A stretch of DNA of 64,000 bases, taken from IMG/VR virus record IMGVR_UViG_3300001765_000052; one strand, given 5' to 3'. The DNA is from a virus. Under the pieces are notes generated by a model. It did not search any database. It saw only the letters and a list, made by a program, of their open reading frames with translations, and was not told the DNA's origin. Position 1 is the first letter of the stretch; the number at the start of each line of letters is the position of its first letter. Made by a program: the position numbers and the translations under genes. Shown here in pieces: positions 1 through 10,361 of this stretch.

Positions 1-2
1 AT

Positions 3-566
3 ATTTCTTACGGTAAGGTAAAATGTGTATTTTATGTATCCGATTATACTGGATTAGAGCATAAGTACCCGCATGGTAAATTAAGAAATGATACAACAAT
101 AAAGCAAAAAACATACACAGCTTTATTAGTAAATACTATTAATGGGTTTTTTAAAGACAATGGTAAGACAGAAGATATATTACATTTCAAACTAAAATTA
201 GAACCACCTGAAAAGAAAAATGTATTAATTATTACTAGTTATGCAATTGATTTATTAAATAGTAAAAAATTTAAAAACTTAGACTTGTTGGAAAGCCACA
301 CCGGGAAGCTTCTTAGTAAAGCATTATGGTATACCAAATTTTATGAAGGCAAAAATTTAGTTAGGATACCATTCAATCATTATTTTCTACAAATCTTTGG
401 CGATAAAAGTACTTTTCATCCATGGCCAAAAGCCACAAGAACCGAAATTATTGCTATAGCGGAAAAATATAAATGGACTTATAATACATCAGATGATCGT
501 GTTAGGTTTGGCATTGAAAATATAAAAGATGGTTATATTGTTTCAATTATAAAGAGTATGATGTAA
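3..566 (+). CDS. 5'-truncated conserved phiKZ-like core protein (gp66-like position)
   Basis: Frame of ORF 285..566 is open back to nt 3; LLESHTG..WYTK segment; synteny upstream of gp67/68-like genes. Confidence 0.6.
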   Translation: MSYGKVKCVFYVSDYTGLEHKYPHGKLRNDTTIKQKTYTALLVNTINGFFKDNGKTEDILHFKLKLEPPEKKNVLIITSYAIDLLNSKKFKNLDLLESHTGKLLSKALWYTKFYEGKNLVRIPFNHYFLQIFGDKSTFHPWPKATRTEIIAIAEKYKWTYNTSDDRVRFGIENIKDGYIVSIIKSMM

Positions 567-724
567 TGAACGATTTAATAAAAGGCTGTAGTGTTTACAA
601 ATTAATAATCTAAAAGACCCATACACAATATCAATTTTGAAACAAATGATGTAATTTAAAAAATATAAATTACAACAATAAAGTGTAGAATAACACCCTA
701 ATCTTATTAAAAAAGGAAATTAAA

Positions 725-1405
725 ATGTCTGATAAGTTTGAGAAACCAGAGATTAAAAAAACAGCTCTAAATAACATTAAACTGTCTTTATCTGCCCCAT
801 GTCCGACTGCACCTGGTAAATTTTCATATTTGAGAGTAGAACTCTATAATAATAATCCACGCATTGTTGTGCATAGTAATGATCCAGCGGAAATGTCCAA
901 AGAAAGAAACTTTGGTAAAATTACGGCAGCAATGGATGCACCTACTTTTTATACATTTTTAGAATTATTAAAAATTGCATATGAATCACAAACTGAAGTA
1001 AAAAATAGAATCATGAATACTAATTTTGATTTTGTTGATGGTAAAAGAAGCAATGAACCAATTCATATTTCAGACACATGGGTAGGTAAAGATAAAGAAG
1101 GATGTGTTTATTTATCTGTTGTATCCAAAAAAGACGATAAACCAATTATTAAATTTATTGTAAATGCACCAGATAAACGGTGGCATAAATTCTTTCACTC
1201 TGATGGAACCCAATATTCGGAAGCGCAAGCGTCTAATTTATACGCTAGGAGTTATTACAATCTTTGGTCAAATCTTGTAGGTAATTTACTTGTCACGGAA
1301 TACGTAGAACCACCACCGTATGTACCTGGGGGCGGTAGCGGAAGTAACTATAGACAAAAACCTAATAATCTAAATAATATTGATACAGAAGACGTTCCGT
1401 TTTAG
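725..1405 (+). CDS. Conserved core protein (phiKZ gp67-like position) with SSB-like acidic C-terminus
   Basis: 226 aa, AAGGA RBS, G/P/N-rich linker then DTEDVPF end; directly upstream of gp68-like gene. Confidence 0.6.
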   Translation: MSDKFEKPEIKKTALNNIKLSLSAPCPTAPGKFSYLRVELYNNNPRIVVHSNDPAEMSKERNFGKITAAMDAPTFYTFLELLKIAYESQTEVKNRIMNTNFDFVDGKRSNEPIHISDTWVGKDKEGCVYLSVVSKKDDKPIIKFIVNAPDKRWHKFFHSDGTQYSEAQASNLYARSYYNLWSNLVGNLLVTEYVEPPPYVPGGGSGSNYRQKPNNLNNIDTEDVPF

Positions 1406-1417
1406 AATTATACAATA

Positions 1418-1457
1418 ACTAATCAACCTTACTAATTAATAAGTAAGGTTGATTAGT
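1418..1457. terminator. 16-bp perfect inverted repeat after CDS
   Basis: actaatcaaccttact / agtaaggttgattagt. Confidence 0.65.
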
Positions 1458-1471
1458 ATATAAATATACCT

Positions 1472-1501
1472 AAATTTTAATAATCATATATTACTATTAT
1501 G
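1472..1501 (+). promoter_or_regulatory. Early (vRNAP-type) promoter, TATATTAC core
   Basis: aatcaTATATTACtattatg; matches phiKZ early promoter core and the motif family in this window. Confidence 0.65.
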
Positions 1502-1548
1502 TATGCAATTATTAATAATATACAATTTTTAATTTAAAAAGGAAATTT

Positions 1549-3099
1549 ATGAAAATTGAAATTGTTGAAGGAACAGCTAAAATAAATAGTTTAATATTAA
1601 CTATAACACATGGAGATAATATTTTAAATTGGGATGTAAGTTCTTTTGATAGAAGGGCGTTCTATTCTGGCTACGATGTATTTAAATATATAAATCAATA
1701 TTGGGCACATTTAGATAAATATAAAACAGAAAAGATATTTTCTTTATTTCAGAAAATAATGTTTATATTTGAAGATATATACGATGTCTCTGAATTAATA
1801 TATCAATTAATCCCAGTAGTAAGAGATTTATTTGATGAGCATAAACTGGATGATATAAAACAATGGATGAATTTTCATTCCGATATTACATTCCCATATA
1901 AATTAGATGATATTTATGTAGTGGATTTTAACAAACCAAGTAGTAGAGATAAGACATATTTAAAATCAGATTATATTAATCTGATTACAATGGCTATTAC
2001 TTTGCGTATTATGGTACCAATATGGGGTGAATTTATATATAGGACGAAAAGAGAGACAGGTACAGATTTTAAAGAGTTCTATGCGTTGTATCTATTAGAG
2101 CAAACTTATATAATGAATTCGGAACCAATGGAGAAACTAAAGACATATGTATTAAAACAAATACCTGATGATAGTGATAAACAAGATAAACCAATTAATG
2201 CATCGATATTAAATGGAATTGGTAGTGAAAATTATCCAACTTGGTTATTAGCTAAAGTTTTAATAAATCGGTTGTGTGTAGGTGATGTATCTGGAACTAA
2301 TCCATCTTCATCATTAGTAACTTTTATATGGAACTTTGTTAACCATAAAATAACAAACGTAAATATTGGTTCATACGCAAGTATGATTAAAGCAAAAAAG
2401 TTTGAAAATGATGATGCGCATAATGATCATAATGCTTCTAGACTAGAAGGTTATAAGATCAAAACAGAATTGCCGCTAGGTGATGTAGTTATTCTAGAGG
2501 AATTTATGAATAACCCAATCAAAGTAGCGTTACAATTAAAACCAGATATTGATCTAGAATTATTAAATAATTTTCTATTTGATTCAAAAGCATTATATAA
2601 TGAAAAAATACATCGGCAACAAATAACCCTAACCCAATATGTATTAAAACCTGTTATTTCACCGAGAGGATTAATGCATATAAGCAAAATACAAATTATA
2701 AATGCAATTGCTATAGCCCAAACAGTTTTATGGCAATCTGGACATAAAATAATAGCTAGTTTAATGAGCGCAGTTAATACAAATAACGAAGATGAAACTA
2801 TGTTAAGTGGCATCGATTCTCGCGCTAGAATACCTAGCGATTTAATTGGAGAACTTAATATATATTATCCGTTTTCAAAAATAACAGCAAATAGAAAAAA
2901 AGGTAAGGTAGTCAATACTGTCATAGGTGCAATAGAAGAGATCACTCAGTTATTTGGACAAAGGGATTGGTTACTAACATTACGAGATGAATATATTGTT
3001 GATATCACAGGGAAAGTAAGTATTAGAAGATATAGTTGTCCGCACGATATAAAAGTATTGTTGGCAAAATTAATGTTGGAATTAGTTAAAAGTCGGTAA
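1549..3099 (+). CDS. Non-virion RNA polymerase promoter-specificity subunit (phiKZ gp68-like)
   Basis: 516 aa, RDKTYLKSDY..L....LR.MVPIWGEFI motif, position upstream of gp69-70 and the nvRNAP beta gene. Confidence 0.7.
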   Translation: MKIEIVEGTAKINSLILTITHGDNILNWDVSSFDRRAFYSGYDVFKYINQYWAHLDKYKTEKIFSLFQKIMFIFEDIYDVSELIYQLIPVVRDLFDEHKLDDIKQWMNFHSDITFPYKLDDIYVVDFNKPSSRDKTYLKSDYINLITMAITLRIMVPIWGEFIYRTKRETGTDFKEFYALYLLEQTYIMNSEPMEKLKTYVLKQIPDDSDKQDKPINASILNGIGSENYPTWLLAKVLINRLCVGDVSGTNPSSSLVTFIWNFVNHKITNVNIGSYASMIKAKKFENDDAHNDHNASRLEGYKIKTELPLGDVVILEEFMNNPIKVALQLKPDIDLELLNNFLFDSKALYNEKIHRQQITLTQYVLKPVISPRGLMHISKIQIINAIAIAQTVLWQSGHKIIASLMSAVNTNNEDETMLSGIDSRARIPSDLIGELNIYYPFSKITANRKKGKVVNTVIGAIEEITQLFGQRDWLLTLRDEYIVDITGKVSIRRYSCPHDIKVLLAKLMLELVKSR

Positions 3100-3110
3100 A
3101 AGGAACACAA

Positions 3111-4580
3111 ATGAATTACACTATGGCATCAATGTACGGAGTCAAATCCATGAGAATAAATAAGTTAATTATTCAAGAGACAGGTACTTATAGTCAGCAA
3201 TGGAAACGTCCATACATAAGCGGATTAAATCCAAAAACATTTAATTCTATTGTAGAAAAATCTTCAAATGCTAAAACTATAACACCTAATATATTAGCTG
3301 GTGTATCTACACAATTTATTCATCCAACTGCTACACCGGAGGGAACATTATTTATTCCAAATGGTTGGCAAGAAAGAAGATTACGCTTCTTTATGGAAGT
3401 GTGCATTGAAGAACAAATGGGTTGTATTGTGACAGAATATATTGTTGGTTATACAGATTACGCGGGTATAGGTAGAATTAACAATAGCATAGACCCAGAG
3501 ATGAGATTCCATATTAATGGAATTAACACAACTAGAAACATGACACATGTTACTGCATTGGGAACACAAACATACCAAAATGCTATTGATTCATCACACG
3601 TATTATCGAATACAAACTATACAAATATTCAAAATAGTGTAAGAACTTACAGCATGCGGCCAGAAGATGTATACATGCAAATGGATGTAGCAGATATTCA
3701 GAAAAATCAAGATTTAGGTGATTTTATAGATGTGCAGAGTTTGATAACAACTGTACCTATTAAATCAAAAAGAACTAATTCTATTGCTCCAGTATATGTT
3801 GCAAATATACTTGATGCTTATATAAAAGCAAAACCATTAGATTTTCATGAATCTAATAGGGGAGATATTCTCCAAACAGCAATAGGGATAAACAGTTCCA
3901 ATTCAGTTTCAGATGATCAATTTATGTCATTTCTTAGAAATAGAAATAATAATAACGGTGATTCTTTTACGTATAATGATTTAATTGCAATAGATCAAAA
4001 TATATTTAATGTTACACAGGTAGTGCAGCTTACACCTATAACAAAAGCAACAGTACATCAAGCAGGGAGTACGTCTGAATGGGGTGCAGCTGATATGGAG
4101 ACAGCTTTTGCTACATGTATCAGTCAATCTTTGCCAGGCTATATGTTAGAATGTTGTTTTAATAAGTTCTTTTTCCGAGCAACCAATAGAGATATAGGTG
4201 GAAAAATAAGTATAGTAATTTCAGAGGCTAAAAGCCTCATGAGTAATGTAGACACTAGTGATTATATTAGAGTAATGGAATTTAAGTTAGAAAATGAATT
4301 ATTTAAGGATTTAACATTTAATAATCAAATGGATTTTGCAATTGATGTTAGATGTGATTTGCTTTTCGAAACTTGGATTAATTTATCAATTAACTCCGGA
4401 CCGTTTACAACATATGTTACACCTAGTTTCTGCGATGCATTAATGTCTCCCGTTATCACTGATAACTATAATAACTGTTTAAGTATTGCATCTGACTTTA
4501 GCAATATAGTTGACACCATCTGTGATAACAAAAACTCGACCCAACAGATGTCTAATAAGAATGGTTTTGGTTTAATTTAA
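3111..4580 (+). CDS. picA: Phage-nucleus protein import factor PicA/Imp1-like (phiKZ gp69-like)
   Basis: 489 aa, ETGTY..QW.RPY and IPNGW..RRLRF motifs; synteny directly after gp68-like gene. Confidence 0.6.
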   Translation: MNYTMASMYGVKSMRINKLIIQETGTYSQQWKRPYISGLNPKTFNSIVEKSSNAKTITPNILAGVSTQFIHPTATPEGTLFIPNGWQERRLRFFMEVCIEEQMGCIVTEYIVGYTDYAGIGRINNSIDPEMRFHINGINTTRNMTHVTALGTQTYQNAIDSSHVLSNTNYTNIQNSVRTYSMRPEDVYMQMDVADIQKNQDLGDFIDVQSLITTVPIKSKRTNSIAPVYVANILDAYIKAKPLDFHESNRGDILQTAIGINSSNSVSDDQFMSFLRNRNNNNGDSFTYNDLIAIDQNIFNVTQVVQLTPITKATVHQAGSTSEWGAADMETAFATCISQSLPGYMLECCFNKFFFRATNRDIGGKISIVISEAKSLMSNVDTSDYIRVMEFKLENELFKDLTFNNQMDFAIDVRCDLLFETWINLSINSGPFTTYVTPSFCDALMSPVITDNYNNCLSIASDFSNIVDTICDNKNSTQQMSNKNGFGLI

Positions 4581-4591
4581 AGGAAAGAAAA

Positions 4592-5815
4592 ATGGATATC
4601 ATTGAATTATATAAAAATATACTATCTGTAGGTGGATTAGTTGTCGATAGTGAGGGTAACGTTTCCGGTTCAGATAAAGGTAGAACTATGCCATTTACAG
4701 TAGATGGTAAAAGATTAGTATTACCAACAAGAGAACATTTAAAAAATCCAGATTGGTCTAATAGAGTTGCATTCCATCCGTTATGTGAAGATATCATGAG
4801 TCCCGAGAGTCCAGTATTGGGAAGATTCCGTAGAGCAATCAACATGCGACTCAATAAAACAATTGGCTTCTTGATGATGGAGCTTTTGGATATTGCACTC
4901 AATACAGAAATGCATGGAAGCTTAACACCTGACCAAGCTAACATGTTAGTCAGTGTAAAAAATGTAGATAAAGATACACTTAAAACACTTACATCAATTG
5001 TTGAAAAAATAATTCGTAATGATGGTGAAAAGTGTTTTGTTCATTTATTTATTAAAAAGGGTGGCACTGTCGGTTTAAAGAAATACAGTAGGGCAACTAT
5101 TGTTACGTTTCCATTCTATAATGAACTAATGAAGAAAGAGAAACAAATCTACGATATAACAGTTAGAACGCGTGATAGGGAAGTTTTTGCTGGTCTACTA
5201 GAATATATCATACCAGATATCGGAACAGATAAGTTTTTTGATACAGGTAGTTTAACAGATATTGCACCATCATTAGATTCATTAATGAGAGCATTAACTA
5301 AAATTGTTAGTAGAACAAATATTGTTGTAAATGATTTTAAAAATATTCTTAAAGATGATACTGATGAATATAATTATAATGGTGAATGGATATCTGCATT
5401 CGATAACTTAGATAATTATGAGAAAGATATCAGAATGATACCAATGCAAACTGGTAACAGTAGTCATCAATCTTCACAAGCTACTGCACCTGTTTATGCA
5501 GTAGCGCCACCACAAATCAATGCCCCACCAGTAACAAACTATCCAATTTTTCAACAAGTACCTAAAGAGGTGGAATTTAAGAAAGATGACCAAACTATTA
5601 CAAATAGAGGAGGCTTAGATTTCGCATCTTTAATTAAATCTAACACTCCACAACAAGGTTATAATACATATCAACCAATGTCGGGACCCATGGCATTAAG
5701 AATTAACCAACAGATGCCTATGCAAAATCAGCAGATGCCTATGTATAATCAACCTATGTATAACCAACAGATGCCTATGCAAAATAGACAATTTGGTGGG
5801 TTTGGTAATATTTAA
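4592..5815 (+). CDS. Conserved core protein (phiKZ gp70-like) with Q/P/M/N-rich disordered C-terminus
   Basis: 407 aa, GKRLVLPT..FHPLCE..ESPV motif; synteny. Confidence 0.6.
   Translation: MDIIELYKNILSVGGLVVDSEGNVSGSDKGRTMPFTVDGKRLVLPTREHLKNPDWSNRVAFHPLCEDIMSPESPVLGRFRRAINMRLNKTIGFLMMELLDIALNTEMHGSLTPDQANMLVSVKNVDKDTLKTLTSIVEKIIRNDGEKCFVHLFIKKGGTVGLKKYSRATIVTFPFYNELMKKEKQIYDITVRTRDREVFAGLLEYIIPDIGTDKFFDTGSLTDIAPSLDSLMRALTKIVSRTNIVVNDFKNILKDDTDEYNYNGEWISAFDNLDNYEKDIRMIPMQTGNSSHQSSQATAPVYAVAPPQINAPPVTNYPIFQQVPKEVEFKKDDQTITNRGGLDFASLIKSNTPQQGYNTYQPMSGPMALRINQQMPMQNQQMPMYNQPMYNQQMPMQNRQFGGFGNI
5704..5785 (+). repeat. Intragenic repeats encoding NQQMPM units
   Basis: taaccaacagatgcctatgcaaaat at 5704-5728 and 5761-5785 with degenerate copies between. 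Confidence 0.8.
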
Positions 5816-5823
5816 ATAAAATA

Positions 5824-5859
5824 TTTACTGACACTAAGTTAATACTTAGTGTCAGTAAA
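5824..5859. terminator. Bidirectional terminator-like 16-bp inverted repeat between convergent genes
   Basis: tttactgacactaagt / acttagtgtcagtaaa. Confidence 0.75.
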
Positions 5860-5872
5860 AATCCATTTATTT

Positions 5873-6214
5873 TTAAAGGTAAATATTTCCAGTGGCTGTA
5901 TAAACACTACGGATTTGTTCTAATTCACCATTATTTGGTATTTGAAGGTATTTTTTACCGGGACCAAATTCAGAATTACAATAATAATTATTAATTCTCA
6001 TTACCAGCCAATGATATTGCGGAGATATATTTAGTTCATTTAAATAACCAAATAAATCACCATTGTAAATATCCGCTTTTTTAGGTTGTATTTCTATAAC
6101 ACGTAAATTTAAATTAGATCTAAAATAATTTAAATGTGATTCTAATACATCCATAAAACCTTTTGTATAAAAAACATCCTCACCATTATCAATGGTTAAC
6201 GAATAAATATCCAT
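5873..6214 (-). CDS. Small conserved protein, possibly LysM-like/baseplate wedge-like
   Basis: 113 aa, GDLFGYL...YHWLVMRINN..LQIP pattern resembling LysM-type baseplate subunits. Confidence 0.5.
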   Translation of the reverse strand: MDIYSLTIDNGEDVFYTKGFMDVLESHLNYFRSNLNLRVIEIQPKKADIYNGDLFGYLNELNISPQYHWLVMRINNYYCNSEFGPGKKYLQIPNNGELEQIRSVYTATGNIYL

Positions 6215-6225
6215 ATTTTTAAACC

Positions 6226-6252
6226 TCTATAATCATATATTACTAACTTGGA
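6226..6252 (+). promoter_or_regulatory. Early promoter upstream of nvRNAP beta gene
   Basis: tataatcaTATATTACtaacttgg. Confidence 0.6.
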
Positions 6253-6292
6253 ACTTTACAATCTTTCACTTTAATAAAAAGGAAATTGAAAA

Positions 6293-7468
6293 ATGTTAGA
6301 TCATAAAATAGAGCCGAATGAATTGCATGCGGATTTAGTATCAAATTGTGCTTTCAATCCATGGCTTCAACACGATTCATCTGGTCGTGTATATATGACA
6401 AGTTCGCATTTAGGACAAATGCTTGTTATAAATGGTTCTACTGAAAGAAAATGCCAAACCGGTATTGAAAATGAATATGGTAAATATACATTCAATGTCA
6501 AAATGCCAGTGGATGGTGAAATTGTCGATATCATTGACCGGTATACACAAACATTAGGTCCAGATAGTATTAACGAAAATCCACAAACTATTGTAGTATA
6601 CGAAGATGTTGCTACTAAAGAACTAGGTATTATAAATCTTGTTAAGTATTGTTCTAATCACCAATACTTTGGTTTCAAATATAAAGGTAAAAGTGGTTTA
6701 GATAAAATACGGATAGGTGCTTTTATAGCCAAAGATACTATATTTTTAGACTCTCCAAACATAAGTGATGATGGTGGATATAAATATGGCATTGAATTAA
6801 ATATGGCATTAATGACACATCCTGCAGCATCAGAAGACGGTGTTTTGATATGTAAAGATGTCTTACCAAAATTAGGTTTTAAGACATATGAAAATAGAGT
6901 AGTAGAGTACGGTAGTAAAAGATTTGCTCTTAATCTTTACGGCGATATAAATAACTATAAACCTTTTCCGGATATTGGGGAATTAGTTAGATCGGATGGT
7001 ATTTTAATGGCGCTTCGAAATTATGAACCAGATATTTTATCCCCTATAGAACAAAGCGTTAAAGACACAATGGAGGTGGATTTTTTATTTGATAGCACTG
7101 TTTATGCAGGTGGTCCGGGCGGAAGAATAGTTGACATTAAAATAGTGCACGATATATCAAAAACAAATTGCGCTGATATCCACATGGATAAACAAGCACA
7201 AAAATACGACCATGCAAATCGTCAGTTTTATACAAAAATTGTTAATGTGTGGCGAAAATTTCACGCTATTAGAGGCGAGTCATTAAGGATGACAGCAGAA
7301 TTTCATAGATTAATAGTGGAAGCTTTATCTGTAACCGGTACGAAGTCAGATGTAAAAGTTAGTAAGCTCTATAGAAAAGCACCTCTAGATGAATACCGAA
7401 TTGAATTTGTTATTCAATATGATATAACACCTGGAATTGGGTATAAGTTAACTGATATTCATGGTGGT
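6293..7468 (+). CDS. nvRNAP beta-like subunit (phiKZ gp71-73-like), exon 1
   Basis: RNAP beta motifs (SSGRVYMTSSHLGQ, ASEDG, GYKLTDIHGG); the conserved HGGKG motif is broken after GGT at 7468. Confidence 0.9.
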
Positions 7469-9332
7469 TTGGCATTTTTATAAATTGATGAATTTAGGTA
7501 TATAGTATGTGTCAATAAATAAAGGACGCATATGAAATGCCTAATTGAAAATACTTACTTCAAAAGTATTCCAGGAAACACAGAATTATTGATTTCGATC
7601 GAGAAGCGGTTTGTGACTTATGATCTCAAACCTTGTGATATTCACATTGATAGTAATGGATTTGTGAATATAGAGATGTTCGGAATAATAAGGAAAGTAG
7701 ATGTTTCTTGGTTAAAACTAATAGCACATTTTGAAGTAAATTTACCTGAAAAATTCCACGAATATACTTTCCGAATTAACTTCATAAACGCAGGCAAAGG
7801 CATGATTAGGGCAACAATTAATTCGACAATGGTATTTTCAAACCCTATATTAATTCAAAATAAATATAGGATAATACCTAATTTTACGGATTACGCAATC
7901 AGTAAAGAATCAGAATTAATTGATGTTCACTTTTATCGTATTGTGCCTAGGTTTAATCGCGGGTCTTTTAATTACCCTGAAGTTTTTATATATTGTCCAG
8001 ATAAGAATTCATACAAACATATTAAAGTTCACAGATTGGTAGCATTGGCTTGGGTTAAAAATAGAGATTTCTTAACCCAACCAATAGTGAATCATATCGA
8101 CGGTAATAAACAAAATAACCATTACTCTAATTTAGAATGGTGTAGTTCGTCACATAACAGTAAGCACGCGTACACATTAGGATCATATGCAATCAACAAA
8201 CCATGTAAGGTAAAAAATCATCTTACAGGGGAAGTATCGCACTTTGTTTCTTTAATGGACGCTAGTAAATTTATTGGACTAAAACACTATCTCAATTCTA
8301 AAATGTTAAAAAAGGGCGCTAAGCCTAGACTTTTAAATAGATACTACGAAGTAAAAGAAATGTCCGACGACGATGTAAATTGGTATTATGATAAACTTAA
8401 GGCAGCATCTTTAGATGAAGCTTTTAGTTTATTGATAAAAAATGATAAAAACGTAGTCGGCATTTTTCATAGTCTAGAAAAAGCAAAAAACTTTTTTAAT
8501 ATGGAGGATAAAAATCTAAATGTTTTTGAATTAATAAATGCAATTGAAAAATTGCATCCAACATATGTAATTAATTACATTGACAATTATTACTTTGAAC
8601 CAATTGAATGTAAAGATTTAGTAACTGGTGATGTATTCTGCGCAGCTACCTGGGTGGACTTACAAACAATGTTAAAAATTAAAACAGATTTGGCTTCTTA
8701 TAATAAATTAATTAAAACTTTTGGACAAATAAAGTATAAGCAATGGTTATTTCGTTATAAATCAGATGCGCCTTGGGATGTTAACGCAAAAGGTGTTGGT
8801 GTTAGAGGAAACAAAATAACGGCTACAAACACAATGAGTGGTGAAGTAGTTGAATTTGATTCTTTAGTAAATGCCGTCGATTACTTTAATGTAGATGTTA
8901 AAACGATTCTAAGAAGACTTAATAATTCGGAAAAGAAGTACAATGGTTGGGTTTTTCAGGGTGAAACAAATAATCAATTTGCAAAAATAAAAAAGCCTCT
9001 GTCCAAAGGACAGAAATATCCCTTAATTGACGGGAAACCCTTTATAGCCTCATGCACCAACTTATCCTAGGAATAGAGATAAGGGCTGAATTAACTACTC
9101 AGATATGGTAAAAGATATGAGGATTAGGCAATCCGCAGCTGAGCTCCCAGAACGGGAGAGAGTTCAACGACTAACCCCTTACCAGGGTGTAGAGCCAAGT
9201 GGCTCGAAACAGGGAAATTCATTATTAATGAATAAGATATAGTCTGGTCTGTATGGTGACATACAGAAGCTTAGTCGCTCGTGAGAGCCGCTGTAGCTGG
9301 GTGGGCTTAACGAACCTACTTGAACACAAACG
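7469..9332 (+). mobile_element. Group I intron (IA2-like) with HNH ORF in the P1 loop
   Basis: Follows exon-terminal U, ends in G; P aattgacgggaa 9025, Q aatccgcagc 9130, R gttcaacgacta 9162, S aagatatagtct 9234; IGS aagcc 8993-8997; splicing restores KLTDIHGG-KGTICQ in frame. Confidence 0.92.
7532..9070 (+). CDS. Intron-encoded HNH homing endonuclease with C-terminal NUMOD1-like repeats
   Basis: VHRLVALAW..VNHIDGNKQNNHYSNLEW; ORF end overlaps the ribozyme core. Confidence 0.9.
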   Translation: MKCLIENTYFKSIPGNTELLISIEKRFVTYDLKPCDIHIDSNGFVNIEMFGIIRKVDVSWLKLIAHFEVNLPEKFHEYTFRINFINAGKGMIRATINSTMVFSNPILIQNKYRIIPNFTDYAISKESELIDVHFYRIVPRFNRGSFNYPEVFIYCPDKNSYKHIKVHRLVALAWVKNRDFLTQPIVNHIDGNKQNNHYSNLEWCSSSHNSKHAYTLGSYAINKPCKVKNHLTGEVSHFVSLMDASKFIGLKHYLNSKMLKKGAKPRLLNRYYEVKEMSDDDVNWYYDKLKAASLDEAFSLLIKNDKNVVGIFHSLEKAKNFFNMEDKNLNVFELINAIEKLHPTYVINYIDNYYFEPIECKDLVTGDVFCAATWVDLQTMLKIKTDLASYNKLIKTFGQIKYKQWLFRYKSDAPWDVNAKGVGVRGNKITATNTMSGEVVEFDSLVNAVDYFNVDVKTILRRLNNSEKKYNGWVFQGETNNQFAKIKKPLSKGQKYPLIDGKPFIASCTNLS

Positions 9333-10265
9333 AAAGGAACTATTTGTCAACTTGCAAGTAGTGAAGAGATGCCAATGGATGCTGATGGTAATCGTGCAGA
9401 TATTGTTATGGATCCTAATTCAACTATATCTCGCATGAATATCGGTAGAGTATATGAGATGTATATTAATGCAGCTAGCAGAGATACACATAAATATATT
9501 TGTCGGTTACTAGGGATACAACCATTTTTAAAACAAAGCGCGGCTAAAAAACATTTAGCTAATATTGATCCAAATATATTTAGTTCTGTATGGATGACGT
9601 TATTGGGTTATTATAAAATAACATCTCCAAATATGTATAACTGGATTATGGAAGGTAAAACAGAATCCCCATTAGATTATCTATCATTTATCATTGAAAA
9701 AGGTATTTACTTATATCTGCCAACGGATAATCAACCAGAATCTACAGACATGGTAATGCAAATTGAAAACAGTGTATATAAACCTACTTGGGGACCCGTT
9801 ACATACACAGGTAATTCCGGAAACAGAGTAACTACAAAAGGTAATGTTCGAGTAGCATCAATGTATTTTATTTTGCTAGAGAAAACTGGTGATGATTGGG
9901 CGGCAGTATCTACTTGTAAGTTATCAAATTTTGGTGTATTAAGTCAATTAACAAAACAAGATAAATATTCTAAGCCAAGTCGATTGCAAGCAGTGCGTGG
10001 TTCAGGTGAAGCTGAAATTAGAATTGATGTATCTTACGTTGGCGAACTTTTTACAGCGGAATTAATAGATAGAAATAACAATCCACGGACACATAAACAT
10101 ATGATTAAAAATTTACTTAGTTCTACTACACCTACAAATGTAGAAAATTTAGTAGATCGAAACATTATAGCATTAGGTGGGTCTAAACCATTAGCGTTGG
10201 CAAAACATATGGCGGCTGTGGGTGGCTTTTCGTTTGAATATAAGAAGTATATGCCTAATTGGTAG
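9333..10265 (+). CDS. nvRNAP beta-like subunit, exon 2
   Basis: KGTICQ..MPMDADGNRADIVMDPNSTISRMNIG, GEAEIR motifs of the RNAP beta C-terminal part. Confidence 0.9.
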   Translation, partial: KGTICQLASSEEMPMDADGNRADIVMDPNSTISRMNIGRVYEMYINAASRDTHKYICRLLGIQPFLKQSAAKKHLANIDPNIFSSVWMTLLGYYKITSPNMYNWIMEGKTESPLDYLSFIIEKGIYLYLPTDNQPESTDMVMQIENSVYKPTWGPVTYTGNSGNRVTTKGNVRVASMYFILLEKTGDDWAAVSTCKLSNFGVLSQLTKQDKYSKPSRLQAVRGSGEAEIRIDVSYVGELFTAELIDRNNNPRTHKHMIKNLLSSTTPTNVENLVDRNIIALGGSKPLALAKHMAAVGGFSFEYKKYMPNW

Positions 10266-10266
10266 G
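10223..10266 (+). repeat. 44-bp direct repeat, copy 1 (3' end of RNAP beta gene)
   Basis: tggcttttcgtttgaatataagaagtatatgcctaattggtagg, identical to 11127-11170. Confidence 0.95.
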
Positions 10267-10361
10267 GGTTTTAAGGTGGTTATCAGCTCTTATTTTTGAA
10301 AGTTGATAGCCGTATACATGTAATATTTATAAGCTGTTATAAGCTGTTTAAAGAGGTATTT

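Noticed and set aside
9253-9438. 61-aa ORF
   Set aside because: Spans intron P9 region and exon 2 out of frame.
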